Part shown: piece by piece, positions 1 to 8,634 of the stretch
Layout: each line of letters opens with the position of its first letter
Position numbering within the stretch: the first letter of the stretch is position 1
Source: an uncultured archaeon
GTDB taxonomy: Archaea > Asgardarchaeota > Lokiarchaeia > Sigyniarchaeales > SOKP01
Length of the DNA stretch: 25,533 nt
Assembly: GCA_964447495.1 (NCBI GenBank)
Contig: CAYUTF010000044.1
Span: 1 to 25,533 of the forward strand
Direction: 5' to 3'
The notes under the pieces: generated by a model
Database searches by the model: none
Told to the model about the DNA's origin: nothing
Seen by the model: the letters and a program-made list of their open reading frames with translations, nothing else
Translations under genes and position numbers: made by a program

Positions 1-142
1 AATGAAAAAGCACCATTTTGTTTGGATCATTACCATAATTATTATTCCAGTCTAAAATGGCAGAAGGTTTTCCCGAAGCAAGTTGTAAAATAAACATTCC
101 TATTAACCCCGAAATATCTACTTCACACGCTGCTGGAACTAA
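1..142. repeat. Diverged direct repeat, copy 1 (copy 2 at 3986..4127)
   Basis: Ungapped manual alignment at offset 3985 gives 27 mismatches in 142 nt (~81% identity), mostly synonymous. Perfect 25-bp core ACATTCCTATTAACCCCGAAATATC at 94-118. Confidence 0.92.
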
Positions 143-160
143 ATCGCCATTAAAATACAT
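1..160 (-). pseudogene. 5'-truncated second copy (C-terminal part only) of the fucose/arabinose isomerase-family gene; runs off the left window edge
   Basis: Minus strand from ATG at 160 reads MYFNGD-LVPAACEVDISGLIGMFILQLASGKPSAILDWNNNYGNDPNKMVLFH. 43 of the 47 residues after MYFNGD match the 3606..5036 protein. An in-frame TGA at 173-175 closes the frame upstream, so there is no N-terminal half. Confidence 0.85.
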
Positions 161-247
161 CTTATTAGATAATCAGTGAATTATTGCTTTTTTTCTTTAA
201 ATATAATCATTATTTGAAAGTTATGAAGATTAGAAGGAGATAAAAAC

Positions 248-862
248 ATGAATATTATATATGATGACTCCTATTCGGATGAGGAAAACGAAGATGTCAC
301 CTGGAGATTTCAGAAAATTGATGCATTTAAGGAGATTGAAGACTTTTCCCGACAAATACGTTCCCTTCTAAATTACAAGGAACAAATAGTTAAGTATCGA
401 TTTCGAAACTCTTTCACTCTACCAGTGCATCGTGATCTAACCCAACTCCTTAAGGATAAGGATAGCTTGCGAGGTGTTGCATTAAAATTTATCAATATTC
501 TTCGAGAGATCAAGAAAAATGCTGAATCAATTGAACATGGGATTCAGAATCATACCATGAATCCTAATAGTTCGATTTTACGACAACTGATTGAAGTGAT
601 GACAAAATTATTCATTCTGATCCACAAATTTTCCGAGCAGGAATTACATGACTATCCACACCTTCTTAAACTCGTTATATCCCTTGCGCGAGAAGCATAT
701 TTGGTGAAAAAATTTTTGGATCTCGATATTGAAGAGTTTCTATTGGAATTGGAACTGAGTTATGAAGGATTGGAAGATGAGATGGAAGAGATGCTCTCTC
801 TACGGGATCATATAAAACATGCACATGTACAAAAACAATTGGAGGAACGATTAAGCTCATGA
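248..862 (+). CDS. Hypothetical protein, predicted all-helical, acidic termini
   Basis: 204-aa ORF with SD-like AAGGAG at 234-239. Its stop overlaps the next start (ATGA, 859-862), suggesting translational coupling. No motif recognised. Confidence 0.75.
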   Translation: MNIIYDDSYSDEENEDVTWRFQKIDAFKEIEDFSRQIRSLLNYKEQIVKYRFRNSFTLPVHRDLTQLLKDKDSLRGVALKFINILREIKKNAESIEHGIQNHTMNPNSSILRQLIEVMTKLFILIHKFSEQELHDYPHLLKLVISLAREAYLVKKFLDLDIEEFLLELELSYEGLEDEMEEMLSLRDHIKHAHVQKQLEERLSS

Positions 863-3498
863 CCGATCATTCACACGTATCGCGGAAAAACGTGGGGGAT
901 GATCGAATTGCCCTCTGCCCTATATTTGGATGCGAATTCATGAAAAGAGTGAAACCCCTCAAGTTAGGATTTTTCGGGTTTGGAAAGTATCCAAAATGCA
1001 AGAAACATCACGTTCCACTTGTCTATATTAATGAATATATCGGGGAATTCGTAGATGGAGCATTGGCATGCTTGTTTGATAAAGCAGGGCTTCCTTCAAG
1101 CGAACTTATATCAATGGTATCCTCAAAATATCCTGATGAGTTGCAATATTTCATACATGGTTGGGTATATTGCATCACAACGGGAAGGGGAGCACCTATT
1201 ATTTCCCAATACTTGGATTCTATTTCGAAAATATACTTGAAAAAACTTAATAGAAAGCAGGCTAAGGCACTAAAAAAAGGTGCTTTAGGAAAGCATACAG
1301 GGAAATACCAATCCCTAAAGGAGGGACTAAAAATAATCGCCAACGAGTATGCTCGCGTCCTCAAGCATCTACGGGTGCATTCTGAAGTTTTAGTGAACGT
1401 AAAAAGCTTAAAATCATTATCAAGTGGACTTAGACATAACTTGAATAAATGGCAGAACAAAATCATCAAGTTATATTTGAGTAAAAATCCCTTCGAGAAT
1501 GCAGAAATGAAAAATCTTACCGAAATCAAGCGATACTACGATCAGATTCTCAATGTGAGTACATGCCGTTGTCTTATTGGGATGAATACTGCGATCAAAA
1601 AGATTAAATTAACCGCATTTGATCGGTTTTCTGCTTATGAAGAGTTTTATTCAGAGGGAATTACTAACAAGTTTAAAAGATCTGATTTAGAAAATTTAAA
1701 AAGAGTAAATAACAATAAAAACGAAAATGTTAGGGTTCTTGTTGTTGAAGAAAAAGTGTTGCCGAGAAATATAAAAGAGAATGAAGAAAATATTAATCCA
1801 GAAATCCGATTAATTGAAGAACTTATTAATTTAATTTACAAATTTGAAGAGGAAATCGTAGGGTTTTCAAATCTTGCAGAATTCAATATTATTCTCGATT
1901 TAAAAAATGGAAAAACTCTTCGTCGTTTTAGAGATAAGATTACTGCATCTAACTTATCGAAAATTCTTGGTATTAGTTTAGATACAGCTAAATTATGGTT
2001 GCGAATATTAGAAGATCCCAACAAGAACTCTATAAACATAAAGATTCGAAGAATAACGTTTAAAAAAGTTTGTGAACATTTAAAGAAATTTTGTGATATA
2101 GACGAATTTTATAAGTCAGTCTCCGAAGTGCTGGAAGTTTATCGGAATATTAGGTATGAGGTTGAATTTTTAGACAAATTGTTGACTATATTTAACAATT
2201 ATATCAAAGGAGGAGGAGGGAAATCATGGCTTTCGACCATCCTTCAAAAAAGTAGGGCGTATATATTTGATCTAGAAACTCGTCGGGGAGACGGGGGAAA
2301 AGGCGGTCCCGAACATTATGCAAAATATTTCAATTTGCTAACTAATATTCATCTAATTGATGAGAGGAGAGTAGAATTATTTAATGGGGTCAGTATCAAT
2401 AATCTGAAAGCTGAATGTCGCGCGTTTATTTTCGAGGAAATGAAAAAGAGGAATATGATGACAGATTTATGTAAGTCCAAATATTCCAGAAGAATTGTCC
2501 GCACTGAAAATAAAGAGTTGTTTGATATTGTAATTTTCTCGCTAGTAGCTCTCACTAAAATAGAAAGAGCTAGTAGTTGGAATACAGAATTTGTATATGA
2601 TTATACAAATTTAAGCAGATTAATTTCCAAGAAAAATCATAGAGATTTTCTTACAGGTAAATTCAGAGAGGGATATATCCTAGCTAAAACCGAAGGAAGG
2701 AGATTAATTGAAGAAATTAGGAAAGGTTTCTTTAAAGCGCCTAAGGCATGCCATGATGCAATATATAGGATTAAGGTACATATCAATTATCCTCGTTGGA
2801 GGAAATATGAAAAACATTTTATTGATTTAAGACGGATGCAGAATAAAGAGATTTTAGATTTGAATTTAGGGCTGGATATATATGGTAGAGGGTTTATAGA
2901 GGATGCACGTCCTTTTATATCTAAAAATGGTGAGATTATCGGAGATAGATATGTATTTCGAACAACGCGTCATCATCTGGATGAAGATCAGAAACATTAC
3001 CTGATTTTTGCCAACAGCTTGAATATATCCTTTAAAATTATTTTGCTTCCTACAGAATCTCATTGGAATCTTCATGCAAATAATAAAGAATTCAATAAAA
3101 ACAAAATAATATTAAATGCGAGAATGAAACACCTATATAAATTAATTCATTCAAATAGCATAGCTAAAAAAAAAAGTACTCAGATAATCAAATCTGAATT
3201 TAAAAATGAGACCATTACGGTAGAGGGTCAAGAAATAACACTTTGGAATAAATTCCCAGATGATATTATAGAAGAATGGATAATTAGATGGAAAGCACGT
3301 AAGATCTTATCAGATAAAGATTTTTATGAAAAATTTTACCCAAAGTTTTATAAAAAACATTATGAACCACTTCTAAAAGATATTGAATTATATAGGATTA
3401 AAGATCCAAGATGTCAGCGACCTGAATTTTGGTATTGGTATTTTGGAATCTATTTAAAGCGAAATATATATCCCAAACCCATAACTTTTGACTCGTAA
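859..3498 (+). CDS. Large multidomain protein: N-terminal Cys/His Zn-binding region, central HTH-like segments, C-terminal HNH-like nuclease motif
   Basis: 879-aa ORF. CPIFGC...CKKH near the N-terminus; HTH-like TASNLSKILGISLDTAKLWL; RHHLDEDQ...ILLPTESHWNLH (2968-3075) resembles the HH[IL]D...L..H...H HNH pattern. The ORF is solid; the function is inferred. Confidence 0.7.
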   Translation: MTDHSHVSRKNVGDDRIALCPIFGCEFMKRVKPLKLGFFGFGKYPKCKKHHVPLVYINEYIGEFVDGALACLFDKAGLPSSELISMVSSKYPDELQYFIHGWVYCITTGRGAPIISQYLDSISKIYLKKLNRKQAKALKKGALGKHTGKYQSLKEGLKIIANEYARVLKHLRVHSEVLVNVKSLKSLSSGLRHNLNKWQNKIIKLYLSKNPFENAEMKNLTEIKRYYDQILNVSTCRCLIGMNTAIKKIKLTAFDRFSAYEEFYSEGITNKFKRSDLENLKRVNNNKNENVRVLVVEEKVLPRNIKENEENINPEIRLIEELINLIYKFEEEIVGFSNLAEFNIILDLKNGKTLRRFRDKITASNLSKILGISLDTAKLWLRILEDPNKNSINIKIRRITFKKVCEHLKKFCDIDEFYKSVSEVLEVYRNIRYEVEFLDKLLTIFNNYIKGGGGKSWLSTILQKSRAYIFDLETRRGDGGKGGPEHYAKYFNLLTNIHLIDERRVELFNGVSINNLKAECRAFIFEEMKKRNMMTDLCKSKYSRRIVRTENKELFDIVIFSLVALTKIERASSWNTEFVYDYTNLSRLISKKNHRDFLTGKFREGYILAKTEGRRLIEEIRKGFFKAPKACHDAIYRIKVHINYPRWRKYEKHFIDLRRMQNKEILDLNLGLDIYGRGFIEDARPFISKNGEIIGDRYVFRTTRHHLDEDQKHYLIFANSLNISFKIILLPTESHWNLHANNKEFNKNKIILNARMKHLYKLIHSNSIAKKKSTQIIKSEFKNETITVEGQEITLWNKFPDDIIEEWIIRWKARKILSDKDFYEKFYPKFYKKHYEPLLKDIELYRIKDPRCQRPEFWYWYFGIYLKRNIYPKPITFDS

Positions 3499-3605
3499 AT
3501 AAAAAAATTCATCGAAATATAGATTATCTGAAGGAGTAATAATTATACCATAAACAAGCATTTAATAAACTATTAGTTTAGAAATTAAAATAAAAAGTAA
3601 ATTAA

Positions 3606-5036
3606 TTAATATCGGATAACATTCCAACCCAGATAAGTAGTAAGGGCTTCGTTCACAATTTCGGCAACTTCACTAAGTGAGGATGCAATATGATGAGCAA
3701 ATCCTTCCTTACATAAGGTTTTAAGGATGGCTTGTAAATTGGGAATTTCCACAACCCCGTATCCTCCAAATGTATCTAAAGAATCTTCAGTATATTTACC
3801 TTCAACAAGTAATCCTTTAATATCTCCATAAAGGTCATCGGTTTCTATTCTAAGCAACGTACAAGGTTTTGCTTTAATCCTTCCTTGAATCGCACCAAAT
3901 GTGTTTTCCTCACCATCATAATCTGCCATGATCGGGTGAACTGTCATCCTGGTATCTTTAAAAAATGATTTCGGAAGATTGCTACAATGAAATAGAACCA
4001 TCTTGTTGGGATTATCTCCATAATTATTATTCCAATCTAAAATTGCTGAGGGTTTATTGGAAGCTAACTGCAATATGTACATTCCTATTAACCCCGAAAT
4101 ATCAACTTCACAAGCAGCAGGGACTAATCCTTCACTGAAGATGCTCATGACTGCACATGGCACGATTCCGAGGTTTAAAACTATAGAAGGCCAACATTGG
4201 AAAGCAAATCCATCTAATTCTTTTTCAATGACCCATTTTTCAACGACAACTGCTAGTTTTGCTAGTTTTAAAATACCATCTTCTGGAAAAGTAGTCGTTG
4301 ATGTGTAACTTCTTATAAATTTAATCTTTTCTTCGACTTTTGAGTCATGGTCATCCAATCTATTAATTTGTCCAAAAATTTCCGAGAGGTCAATAGGTTC
4401 GATTGTAATTCCATTAAATTCTAGAATCTTTTCGCTATATCTAACAGTTTCAAAAGCATTGGGTCGAGTGCCAATTTGGCCAAATCTAGCATTCTTTAAC
4501 TTTTTAACTATTTTACAGACTTTTTCAAATTTTTTCAGATCGGTCTTAAAAGATTCTGACTTAATTGCGCATGTGTGGGTTGTAGTGAGAGAATAAGGAA
4601 TTCCATATTGATATAAAACGCTACAAGCGGAAATCTTGCCACAAAAAGCATCTCTTCTGTATTTCCTATCCATTTTTTCAATTTCATCAGAAGAAGCTTG
4701 AATTAAAACTGGAACATTAAGATCAGAAAGTTTGATAGAAACGGCAATTCCTTTTTCATCTCCAAAATTTGGGAGAATTACAAGGATTCCATCAATTTTA
4801 TCTTTATTACGCTTAAACAATTCTGCACATTTTTTCGCATCTGAATATGTTTCTACGACTCCATATTTAGTATCTTCTTCATTTAAAATAATATAATCAT
4901 ATCCTAGTTCATCCATCACCTCAATAATTTCATTTCTTCCTTCTTTAGCAAGGTGATCAGGAAAAACATCTCGATTTCCTATGATTATCCCAAAAGTACT
5001 TCTTAGTTTTTGATATTTTATATTTGTAAATGCCAT
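3606..5036 (-). CDS. L-fucose/L-arabinose isomerase family protein
   Basis: 476 aa with motifs NFGDE, RRDAFCGKIS, QCW, ACEVD, FHC and AHH typical of FucI/AraA-like sugar isomerases. Confidence 0.88.
   Translation of the reverse strand: MAFTNIKYQKLRSTFGIIIGNRDVFPDHLAKEGRNEIIEVMDELGYDYIILNEEDTKYGVVETYSDAKKCAELFKRNKDKIDGILVILPNFGDEKGIAVSIKLSDLNVPVLIQASSDEIEKMDRKYRRDAFCGKISACSVLYQYGIPYSLTTTHTCAIKSESFKTDLKKFEKVCKIVKKLKNARFGQIGTRPNAFETVRYSEKILEFNGITIEPIDLSEIFGQINRLDDHDSKVEEKIKFIRSYTSTTTFPEDGILKLAKLAVVVEKWVIEKELDGFAFQCWPSIVLNLGIVPCAVMSIFSEGLVPAACEVDISGLIGMYILQLASNKPSAILDWNNNYGDNPNKMVLFHCSNLPKSFFKDTRMTVHPIMADYDGEENTFGAIQGRIKAKPCTLLRIETDDLYGDIKGLLVEGKYTEDSLDTFGGYGVVEIPNLQAILKTLCKEGFAHHIASSLSEVAEIVNEALTTYLGWNVIRY
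3986..4127. repeat. Diverged direct repeat, copy 2 (inside the intact isomerase gene)
   Basis: Matches 1..142, with the identical 25-bp core at 4079-4103. Homology probably continues toward 3606, but copy 1 leaves the window. Confidence 0.92.
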
Positions 5037-5278
5037 AAAAATCCCAATTTCTAATGCTTTGAATTATTAAATTTAATTCTTTGTTATATTTTACTTTTTT
5101 TCTAAAAATTAAAAATCGTCTAAAATTGTAATTTCTTGAAACGGATTATGATTTTTTACCACTTTCTAACATATTACTAATAAAAAACATATACAATTCA
5201 TTATTTATTAAATCAAAAAATTTAATCTTTAAAGTTAAATTAATAAGTATAAGATTTATCGAAATTGGTTTTGAATAG

Positions 5279-6544
5279 ATGAATTTCAAATCAAGTATAG
5301 TTCAAATAAAAAAAAGATTCTTAGAACTCTTGAAGTATCAAATATTTCGTTATGCTATAATTATTCATCTTTTTTATTTTATCGGTTCCTATATTTTATT
5401 CTTTTTAGGTTTAGAAGGAGATTTTCTTGTTTATTATGAAGCAGGAGATATTTTTCTTAAAGACATTAATACTCTGTATACTCATATGTATAAATTTCCT
5501 TTCAGGTATTTTCCATTATCTGCACTATTTTTCAGTCCTTTTTCTCTTTTAAGTTTAGAATTGTCTTTTATTATTTTTAATGCAGTTAACTTAATACTTA
5601 ATATTTTAATATGTGTAATTCTCTATAAAATCATTATATTTATTAGACGTGATGAGAATGAGAAGGATGAGAAAAGAATTATAACTTATCTTAGTTTGTA
5701 TTTAATAGGGTTCCCTCAAGTATCAAATTATGTTTTAGGGCAAATAAACCTATATCTTTCCCTATTAATTTTAATATCACTTTTTATCTTTTTAAAATAC
5801 GATGGAATTAAATGGCAAATCATTGGAAGTTTCATTTTAGGAATTAGTTTTGTAATTAAACCTATTTCCATTTTCTTGATTCCCTTTTTGTTAATTATTA
5901 ATTATGATATGAATACAAGAAAAATCAAATTTGATTTTAGAAAGAGTGCGATAAGAATAATTACTGTTTTAATTCCTTTAGCATTAAATGTGATTATCTT
6001 TTTTATTTATCCTAATTTATTAGAGGATTTCATATATACTAATTTTACAAGCGAATATGCTGCTACGATTAATCCCTCATTTAGTATAACAAAGCTTATT
6101 ACAAATTTTTGTTCATTATATAATATCCCTTTTAATCAATTATTTATATTTATTGGAGTTTTATGTATTATAGGAGGGATTGGACTATTTTTATTTTTAT
6201 ATGCTAAGGATGAACAGCATTCAATCATTTATGGATATATACTAGGGATTATTATTATGTTTCTTGTATATTTTGATACTTGGGATCATCATATCTTAAT
6301 TTTAACTCCGATATTAATAATTGTTATATTTGATTTGCCTAGGAAATCGGACATAACAAAAAAGTTTCTCAAACCTGGCTTTTACGTCTTAAATTTTCTC
6401 AATTTAGTGGGGTTTGGAATAGTAGGAATTCTTACTATCTCGTTTTTTCCTTATAACTTTGTAAGTACAGTTTTCATGTTATTAATTTTATATGGAATTG
6501 GTAAATATAGTTTATTAAAGAACTCTGTTAATCGAGATGATTGA
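5279..6544 (+). CDS. GT87 (DUF2029) GT-C fold multi-pass membrane glycosyltransferase, paralog 1
   Basis: DFLVYYEAG, FRYFPLSA, GQIN, IKP and WDHH motifs; many hydrophobic segments. Confidence 0.85.
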   Translation: MNFKSSIVQIKKRFLELLKYQIFRYAIIIHLFYFIGSYILFFLGLEGDFLVYYEAGDIFLKDINTLYTHMYKFPFRYFPLSALFFSPFSLLSLELSFIIFNAVNLILNILICVILYKIIIFIRRDENEKDEKRIITYLSLYLIGFPQVSNYVLGQINLYLSLLILISLFIFLKYDGIKWQIIGSFILGISFVIKPISIFLIPFLLIINYDMNTRKIKFDFRKSAIRIITVLIPLALNVIIFFIYPNLLEDFIYTNFTSEYAATINPSFSITKLITNFCSLYNIPFNQLFIFIGVLCIIGGIGLFLFLYAKDEQHSIIYGYILGIIIMFLVYFDTWDHHILILTPILIIVIFDLPRKSDITKKFLKPGFYVLNFLNLVGFGIVGILTISFFPYNFVSTVFMLLILYGIGKYSLLKNSVNRDD

Positions 6545-7296
6545 ATTCTATGGAAAGCATCATAGTTAGAAGAAAACAAATCCGAAAACATTTTGATTCA
6601 ATAGCCTCTCAATATTCTAAAGAACTTCCCATTCATTATCAGAAATATTTACTTAAAAGAAAAATGTTTTTTATTTTAAAATATTGTGAAAATTTACATA
6701 ATAAAATAGGTTTAGATATTGGTTGTGGACAAGGGATATATACACATTATTTAAATCAATATGTAAATAAAATGGTGGGAATTGATTTTTCTATTAATAA
6801 TGTAAAAAACACAATTTTTAATTTTGCAGATAATAAATATGCTATTAATTCTGATGGTGGAAATCTCCCTCTTAAGTCAAATCATTTTGATTTTTGTTTT
6901 TGTATCAATGTATTACATCACATCCCCTCGATTGATTTACAGAAAAACTTTTTAGATGAGATGATTAGAGTAGTAAAACCAAAAGGAAAAATTTTTGTTT
7001 TTGATTTATCACAGAAAAATCCTCTATTTACCTTTTATTTAAAACATATTTTTCCAAAATTAAGAGCCATCGATGAGGGTGATGAATTATTTTTTAGTGA
7101 GAATGATATTATAAAATTGACAAGAAGTAAGTCAAAACCTATTGCCGTTGAATTTTATTCCTTCCTGCCTGATATTGTACCAAAATTCATAATGAATATC
7201 ATTGTAAGGATTGAAATGTTAATAGAAAAAACAATATTTAAAAGATTTGCAATGCACCAAGTAATTGTGCTAAAAAAGAATAGTTCTATACGATAA
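6541..7296 (+). CDS. Class I SAM-dependent methyltransferase (Methyltransf_11-like)
   Basis: LDIGCGQG motif I, GIDFS, LPLKSNHFD, VLHH, RVVKPKG. The start may be the ATG at 6550 rather than the TTG at 6541. Confidence 0.88.
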   Translation: MNSMESIIVRRKQIRKHFDSIASQYSKELPIHYQKYLLKRKMFFILKYCENLHNKIGLDIGCGQGIYTHYLNQYVNKMVGIDFSINNVKNTIFNFADNKYAINSDGGNLPLKSNHFDFCFCINVLHHIPSIDLQKNFLDEMIRVVKPKGKIFVFDLSQKNPLFTFYLKHIFPKLRAIDEGDELFFSENDIIKLTRSKSKPIAVEFYSFLPDIVPKFIMNIIVRIEMLIEKTIFKRFAMHQVIVLKKNSSIR

Positions 7297-8570
7297 TGAA
7301 CATTAAAAGTATAATTAATAATAAAAAAGAGCGATTTCGAGAACTCTTAGATCATAAAATATTTCGATATGCTATTATAGTTCATTCTTTTTACTTTATC
7401 CTTTCATTTGTGTTATTCTTTACCTTTTTTTACAATCAAAATGATTTTATAGTCTTCTATACGTCAGGAAAAGCAATTTTCCAAGACATCACCAATCTCT
7501 ATAGTCAAGAAAATTATTATATTCATTTTAGGTATTTCCCATTATCAGCAATATTTTATATTCCCTTTTCTCTATTTAACCTTGATTTAGGGTATATTCT
7601 TTTCTCTTTTTTTAATTTATTTCTTACTTTTCTCACTTGTATTATTTTATATAAAATTATTTTTTTTATTCGAGGAGATGATCATGAGAAAGGAGATGAT
7701 AGAATTATCCTATATATTAGTTTATTTTTAATGGCAATGCCTCATATTGATAATTACATATTAGGACAGATAAATTTACAGGTAACACTTTTGATTTTAT
7801 TATCAATATTCATATTCATTAAATATAAAGGGAATAAATGGCAGTTAATTGGAGGATTTCTCTTAGGAATAAGTATAAATATTAAACCTAGTGCTATTTT
7901 TATAATTCCATTTTTAATAGTTATGAATTTTACGTTAAAAAAAGAGAATTTTAATCAAGTCTTTAAAGTAAACATAATACGAATAATTGGTACAATAATA
8001 CCATTATCTTTAAATATTATTTTCTTTCTAATTTACCCCTCATTATGGGAAGGCTTTTTAATAAATAATTTTGGTGGAAATCGAACTATTGACATAAATT
8101 TTTCCTTTAGTATAACAAAACTCATTATTAACTTTTGTTCTTTTTATAGTTTTCCATTCAATCAAACACTTATTTTTTTGATAATAACCGGTCTTTTTGG
8201 TGGTATTGGTTTTATAATCTTTTTTTATGGAAGAAATACACGTAATTCAATTGTTTATGGGTTTACTCTCGGAATAATAATCTTACTATTAGTTTATTTC
8301 GATTCATGGGATCATCATCTATTAACTCTTATCCCAATGCTGATATTAATTATTTTTAATTTACCAAGAAAATCCAAAATAACAAAAAAGTTCATTAAGC
8401 CAAGTTTTTTCTTTTTTTGTTTTATAGATTTAGCATTTCTTGGGATATGGCACCTTACAGAATCATGGTTTCCATTTAATTTTATGGCAGCAATATTTTT
8501 AATACTAACTTTTTATGGAATAAGCAGATATATTATTAATCCAAAAAAAGAATATCTAACTCCTAATTAA
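7296..8570 (+). CDS. GT87 (DUF2029) GT-C fold membrane glycosyltransferase, paralog 2
   Basis: DFIVFYTSG, FRYFPLSA, GQIN, IKP and WDHH motifs; colinear with 5279..6544 over its full length. Confidence 0.85.
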   Translation: MNIKSIINNKKERFRELLDHKIFRYAIIVHSFYFILSFVLFFTFFYNQNDFIVFYTSGKAIFQDITNLYSQENYYIHFRYFPLSAIFYIPFSLFNLDLGYILFSFFNLFLTFLTCIILYKIIFFIRGDDHEKGDDRIILYISLFLMAMPHIDNYILGQINLQVTLLILLSIFIFIKYKGNKWQLIGGFLLGISINIKPSAIFIIPFLIVMNFTLKKENFNQVFKVNIIRIIGTIIPLSLNIIFFLIYPSLWEGFLINNFGGNRTIDINFSFSITKLIINFCSFYSFPFNQTLIFLIITGLFGGIGFIIFFYGRNTRNSIVYGFTLGIIILLLVYFDSWDHHLLTLIPMLILIIFNLPRKSKITKKFIKPSFFFFCFIDLAFLGIWHLTESWFPFNFMAAIFLILTFYGISRYIINPKKEYLTPN

Positions 8571-8581
8571 CTCCTAATTAA
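8557..8581. repeat. 11-bp tandem duplication TAACTCCTAAT x2 (+TAA) spanning the stop codon
   Basis: taactcctaat taactcctaat taa read directly. Confidence 0.8.
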
Positions 8582-8634
8582 TTTTCAGAATGAAAATTTT
8601 CTTATTTAGTTAAATTTTTTTCTTAAAGAATATA

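Larger units (their letters stand above)
94..4103. mobile_element. Putative integrated cassette (3,985-bp unit) bounded by 25-bp identical cores within the isomerase gene sequence
   Basis: Direct-repeat cores at 94-118 and 4079-4103 enclose two orphan genes plus a complete 3' part of the target gene. No recognisable integrase or transposase inside. Confidence 0.55.

Noticed and set aside
675-3075. Short alternative ORFs overlapping the 204-aa and 879-aa genes (675..860, 1023..1529, 1055..1240, 1836..2039, 2349..2555, 2866..3075)
   Set aside because: They are antisense or out-of-frame shadows fully inside longer ORFs, with no motifs.
248-3498. Integrase/transposase in the cassette
   Set aside because: No tyrosine recombinase R-H-x-x-R-Y set, serine recombinase N-terminal motif or DDE pattern could be recognised, and no terminal inverted repeats were seen.
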